This document shows positions 12,001-18,000 of a DNA stretch of 64,000 bases, piece by piece (position 1 is the first letter of the stretch; every line of letters begins with the position of its first letter). The stretch spans positions 773,493 to 837,492 of the forward strand of contig OZ244884.1 in the NCBI GenBank assembly GCA_965221365.1, in the 5' to 3' direction. Origin of the DNA: Nitrospirales bacterium. Its GTDB lineage: Bacteria > Nitrospirota > Nitrospiria > Nitrospirales > UBA8639. Below the pieces are notes generated by a model that was not told the origin of the DNA, did not search any database, and saw only the letters and a list, made by a program, of their open reading frames with translations. The position numbers were made by a program, and so were the translations under genes.

Positions 12001-15000
12001 ATGTCCTGGCCTTGCACGAACTCCAGGTTCACCGTGCCGGCCAGCACCACCAAATTGCCACCGGCCACGTTCACGTCCCAGGTGGTGCCGTCCGTGCCGA
12101 CTGCCGTCGCCGTCTCCGTCCCGTCCGTACCCCGAACGTGGAAGTCATCGTCGGACACATTCACCACCGCCTCGCTGAACGTCACCCGCCAGGTCAAGGT
12201 CACCGCGTTGGTGGGCGAAGTTGGCGGATCATGTCGCACAATGCTCGCCACCCGCGGCGCTTGGGTGTCCGCAGTGACAGTGATGTTGAACGTGAGGCTG
12301 GCCGTGTCGCCGTCGGCGTCGGTGGCGGTGTAAGTGTAGGCTGTCGCGCTCTGGGCCGTGGTCGGAGTGCCCGTCAGGGTGCGGGCGGTGGCGTCGAAGG
12401 CCAGGCCCGCCGGGGCGGCCGGGGCCAAGCTGTAGGTCAGGGTGCCGTTGCCGCCGGTGGCCTCGGGCAGGTTCAAGGTGGCGATGGCGGCGTTCTGGGC
12501 GTAGGTCTGGTCGGCAATCGTGACGCCGGCGGCGAAGCTGGGCGCAGGATTGTACTGCGCGGTCACGGTAGTCGCCGCCGCATTGTCGTTGCCGGCGGCG
12601 TCTTGCGCCGCGCCCGCCGCAACGCCGACGCTGAACTCGCCCGCGTCCTTCGGCGTGATCTTCGCCGTGTAGACCGCTCCCGCCCCCGTGCCCGATTGGG
12701 CGAATTCCGTGGCGTCGGCGTTAGTCAGCGTGATGTCACCAAGCTCGAAGCCGGTGACCGGTTCGCTGAAGGTGAAGGTGGCATCCACCGCTGCGGTGAC
12801 TGTCCCGGAAACGCCCGTGATGGCCACTGTCGGCGCCACGTTGTCCACCACGAAGGTGTTGTCGTTGGTGCCGGTCGGCGTCCGGTCCCGGACCGCAACG
12901 CTGGCGCAGTTTCGGATAACCCCGTCCGACTTCAACGTCATCGTCACCGTGCCGTTGTAGTTGGCGAGGTCGCCGCCGTAAAGCTCGACGGAGAATGCCA
13001 GTCCCGCATCCCCGCGGATCCGGCATCTGCGGGCCGCGCCCAACCTGTTCGCGACCAGCGTCGGCGCGTTCGCGATCGGCGGGTCGTAGGCAACCTCGTA
13101 TGCCCCCGGTCCGCCGGCCTGCCCGTACAGCACCAGTTCGCTGAACACAACCTGCCACGTCAACGTGTCCGCGTTCGTCGGGGAGGTTGTTGGCATGTGC
13201 CGCGTGATGTCTTCCACGCCGGGCACCGTGCCCGTCGTCACGCTCACCTCGCTCGCCTCGCCGTTGCCGGCGGAGTTGGTGGCGCGCACTTGAAACCTGA
13301 ATTCGGTGCTTTCGGTCAGGTTATACGCGTCGAAGTACGTGCGCGTGGCAGGGAGATTGGTCCAAATGTCGGTGGTGTCATCAAACGGCAGGTCAGCCGT
13401 GGCCTTGTAGCGAACCTGGAGGTTGGTAAGCGAACTGGCGTTGGTCGGGTTGGTCCAGGACAGGGTGACCTGGTTGCCGCCGACGAAGGCGGTCAGGTTC
13501 GTCGGCGCGTCGGGGACGGCCAGTGCCGGTGTTGCGGTGACAGTGCTGGAGGCGTCGCTGTTGCCGTTGGCGTTGACGGCGCGGATTTCGAAAGCATATT
13601 GGGTGGCGTTGGTGAGGCCGGTGACCACGTGGCTGGTGGTCTGGTCGTCACTGGGGTCGATATCGTCCCAGGTGGCGGTGGCCGGCACGGTGGAACCCGC
13701 GCCGTAGCGGACCTGGTACTTGGTGATGCTGGTGTCGGACGGATCGGTCCAGTTCAGCGTGACCGTGGTGTCGCCCGCGGTGGCGGCCAGGCCGGTGGGC
13801 GCGGCGGGTGCCGGCGGCGCCTCGATGGTGATGTTGAACGTCAGGCTGGCCGTGTCGCCGTCCCCATCGGTCACCGTGTACGTGTATTCGGTGGCGGCCT
13901 GGGCGGTGGTCGGCGTGCCGGTGAGGGTGCGGGCGGTGGCATCAAACGTCAGGCCCGCCGGCGCCGTCGGCGTGAACGTGTACGTCAGCGGGGCGTCGCC
14001 GCCGGTGGCCTGCGGCAGGTCGAGCTGGGTAATCGCCGAGTTCTGCAGGTAGGTCTGGTCGGCAATGGTCTGGGTGCCGAAGTCCGGCAGGTTGTCCGCG
14101 GTAATCGTGATGTTGAACTTCAGCTCGGCCACATCCCCGTCGCCATCGGTCACCGTGTACGTGTATTCGGTGGCCCCCTGGGCGGTGGTCGGCGTGCCGG
14201 TGAGGGTACGGGCAGTGGCGTCAAACGTCAGGCCCGCCGGCGCCGTCGGCGTGAAGGTGTACGTCAGCGGGGCGTCGCCGCCGGTGGCCTGCGGCAGGTC
14301 GAGCTGGGTAATCGCCGAGTTCTGCAGGTAGGTCTGGTCGGGAATAGTCTGGGTGCCGAAGGTCGGTAGCGCGTTCGCGGTGACCGAGACCGTCGCCGTG
14401 AGGCCGGCGTAGTTGCCGCCGGCGGCGGTCAAGGTGAGGGTCGCATTACCGTCAGTCGGGCTCGCCGCCATGTTCACGGTGACCGTCTGCGCGGTGTTGT
14501 AGTTCGTGGCGGTGAACGTCAGCGACGTCGGGCTGACTGTCACGTCCGTGTCGTCGCTGGCCACGGTGACGGTGACCGAGGCGGTCGGGGCCGCGGCCAG
14601 GGTCACGTCAAAGGTGGCGCTGCCGCCCTCATCCACCTCCAAGGTGGCCGGTGAGACTTGGATGGCCGGATCCGGTCTGGGCGTGGCCGTGACCGTGTCC
14701 GAGTCCGGGCCGTTGGCCGTGCCGACCACGGCGCGGACCTGGAACGCATAGGTCGTGCCGTTGGTCAGGGTGTCAACGGTGTGGGTCGTGGTCGTCGCGC
14801 CGCTGCCGGTGATGTCCCCCCAGGTGGCGGTGGCGGGTACGGTGGACCCGGCGCCGTAGCGCACCTGGTACTTGGTAATGGTGCTGTCATTCGGGTTGGC
14901 CCAGGTCAGCGTGACCTCGGTGTCACCGGCCGTGGCGGTCAGGTTGGCCGGCTTGGCCGGGGCCTCGTCCACATCGGTGACCGTCACCGTGTAGGCGGCC

Positions 15001-18000
15001 GAGGTCACCGTGTTGGTGTTCGCATCCGTCGCCGTTAACGTGTACTCGTAGGTGTTGCTGGTGTCACTGTCGGTCGGGGACTCAAAGTCCCGCGCCGCCA
15101 AGCTCACCCGCGCCCCGGTCTGACTCTGGTTCGCCGCCGGCAGCGTAAACTCGCCCGCATCCGCCCCGCCCAGCGTCCAGGTGACCGCACCCAACGCGCC
15201 GACTAAGGTCGCATCAATGGTGTAGGCCTGGTTCTCGCTCACACTGGCATCGGCCAGGCCCGTGAGCGTCAGCGTTGCGGTCTCGTTGACATTGGTAATG
15301 GTGATGGACACGCCGACGGTGGCGCTGTTGCTGTCATCGTCGGTGGCCGTGAGCGTGTACTCGTAAATATTGTCGGTATTGTTGTCCGTCGGGACCTCGA
15401 AGTCCTTCGCCGTCAGGGTCACGGTGGCGCCGGTGTTGGTCGCGTTCGACAGCACAAACCCGTTCGCGTTGGCGTCGTCACCGGTCAGGGACCAGGTGAT
15501 GTTGCCCACCGGCGTGCCAGTCAGGGTCGCATTGCCGGTGTAGGCCGCATTCTCGGCTTGGTCGGCATCGGCCACATCGCCGATGGTCAGGGTGGCCGCG
15601 ACGCGGATGTCAAACGTCAGCGTGACCGGATCCCCGTCCGCATCGGTTGCGGTGTACGTGTACTCCGTCGCCGCCTGAGGCACGGTCGGGGTGCCGGTGA
15701 TCTCCCGACTGCTCGCGCTGAACGCCAGGCCCGCGGGCAGCACCGGACTCAGGCTGTACGTCAGTGTCCCGTCACCGCCGGTGGCTTGGGGCAGGTTCAG
15801 CGTGGTGATGGCTGTGCCCTGGGTATAGGTCTGGTCGGGAATGGTCTGGGTGCCGAAGCTCGGCAGCGCATTCGCTGTGACCGCGACCGTGGCCGTGAGG
15901 CCGGCGTAGTTGCCGCCGGCGGCGGTCAAGGTGAGGGTCGCAGTGCCGTCGGTCGGGCTCGCCGCCATGTTCACGGTGACCGTCTGCGCGGTACTGTAGT
16001 TCGTGGCAGTGAATGTCAGCGGAGTCGGGCTGACTGTCACGTCCGTGTCGTCACTGGCCACGGTGACGGTGACCGAGGCGGTCGGGGCCGCGGCCAGGGT
16101 CACGTCAAAGGTGTTGCTGCCGCCCTCATCCACCTCCAGGGTGGCCGGTGCGACTTGGATGGCCGGGTCCGGTCTGGGGGTGGCCGTGGCCGTGGCTGCA
16201 GCGCCGTTGCCGGCGGTGTTGCTGGCCCGCACGGCAAAGGTGTAGCCCGTGCCGTTGGTCAGGCTCGTGGCCGTGTAGGTCGTGACGGTGGGGGCCAGAT
16301 TGGTCCACGTATCGGTGGTGTCATCAAACGGCAGGTCAGCCGTGGCCTTGTAGCGGACCTGGAGGTTGTCAATCGTGCTGGCGTTGGTCGGGTTGGTCCA
16401 GTTCAGCGTGACCGTGGTGTCGCCCGCGGTTGCAGTCAGGTTGGTGGGCGCGTCAGGGATAGGCAAGGTCGGGGTGGCGGTGGTCGTGGCGGCCGTACCG
16501 TCCCCGGCAGTGTTGCTGGCGCGCACCTCGAAGGTGTAGCCCGTGCCGTTGGTCAGGCCGGTCGCCGTGGTGGTCGTGGCCGTGACGGCAAGATCGGTCC
16601 AGGTGTCGGTGGCGACGAACGGCAGATTGGCGGTGGCCTTCCAGCGCACCTGGACCTTGTCAATCGTGCTGGCGTTGGTGGGCAGCGTCCAAGCCAGTGT
16701 CACCGTGGTGTCACCCGCCGTGGCGCTCAGCCCCGTCGGCGCGGCCGGAACGGCCAGCGCCGGCGTCACCGTGACCTCGTCCGACTCGGCCCCCTCGCCC
16801 TGCTCGTGGACCCCGCGCACCTTGAAGGTGTAGGTGGTGCCGTTGGTCAGCCCTGTCACGTCCTTGCCGGAAATCGACAAGGAAGCGCTGTCGGCGATGT
16901 CGGTCCAGGCGAGAGAGGTGCCGTCATCGCCAGTGTAGGTGTACTGCCACTTCAGGATCGCCGGCCCACGCTGCACCACCGTGGCCGCCAGCGTCACCTT
17001 CGCATCCCCGGCGGTTGCGGTGAAGCTGGACGGTTTCTCAAGCAGGTAGAGCGGCCTGCCGCTCAGACCATCACTGAGGTGACCGACCCATTCATCGCAG
17101 GCGAAGGAATGGACGAGCACACGGGCATCGTAAGTCGTGTCATCAAGCGTGACGGCAATCTCGTTGGGATTGTTAGTATTAATCGGGGTTTGCTGGTTGA
17201 TGGTGAAGCGCTTGTTGGTAACGCCATTACCAAGATTCTCAACAACTTCAAAGCTTCCGCTGTTGACGTCGTTATTGATAAGGGGGTTACCTTGCCAAGC
17301 GTCACCAGTCTTCTTGTATTGGACTAAGTAGCGCTCGACTGCACAAGAATTGCCCTTGCTCCAGCTCCAGACCACGTCGAGGTCGGTATCGTTGGTGCCC
17401 GGCCCCACGCTGACTATTGTTGGAGCGGGCGGCACCTCGTTGATTGACGGCACCTCCCACACCGTGTCCGAGGCATCGCTCTCACCGCCGGCATTTACCG
17501 CGCGGATCTGGAATGCGTATAGGAAGCCGTTGGTCAGGTTGTCAACGGTGTGGGTCGTGGTCGAGGCGCCGCTGGACGGGATATCCGCCCAGGACACGCT
17601 GTCCGGAATGTCCACAACGTTAACATCGTAGCGCACCTGGTACTTGGTGATGCTGGCGTTTTGCGGGTCTGTCCACGACAGTGTCACTTCGGCTTCGCCC
17701 GCTGCGGTGGTCAGGCCGGTGGGCGCGTTCGGGATCGGCGGCAATGGCGTGGCCGTGGTCGTGACGGCCGTCCCGTCCCCGGCAGTGTTGCTGGCGCGCA
17801 CGGCAAAGGTGTAGCCCGTGCCATTGGTCAGGCCCGTCGCCGTAGTGGTCGTGGCCGTGCCGGCAAGGTCGGTCCAGGTGTCGGCAGCGACGAACGGCAG
17901 ATTGGCGGTCGCCTTCCAGCGCACCTGCACCTTGTCAATCTCACTGGCGTTGGTCGGCAGCGTCCAGGCCAGGGTGGCCTCGGTGTCACCCGCCGTGGCG

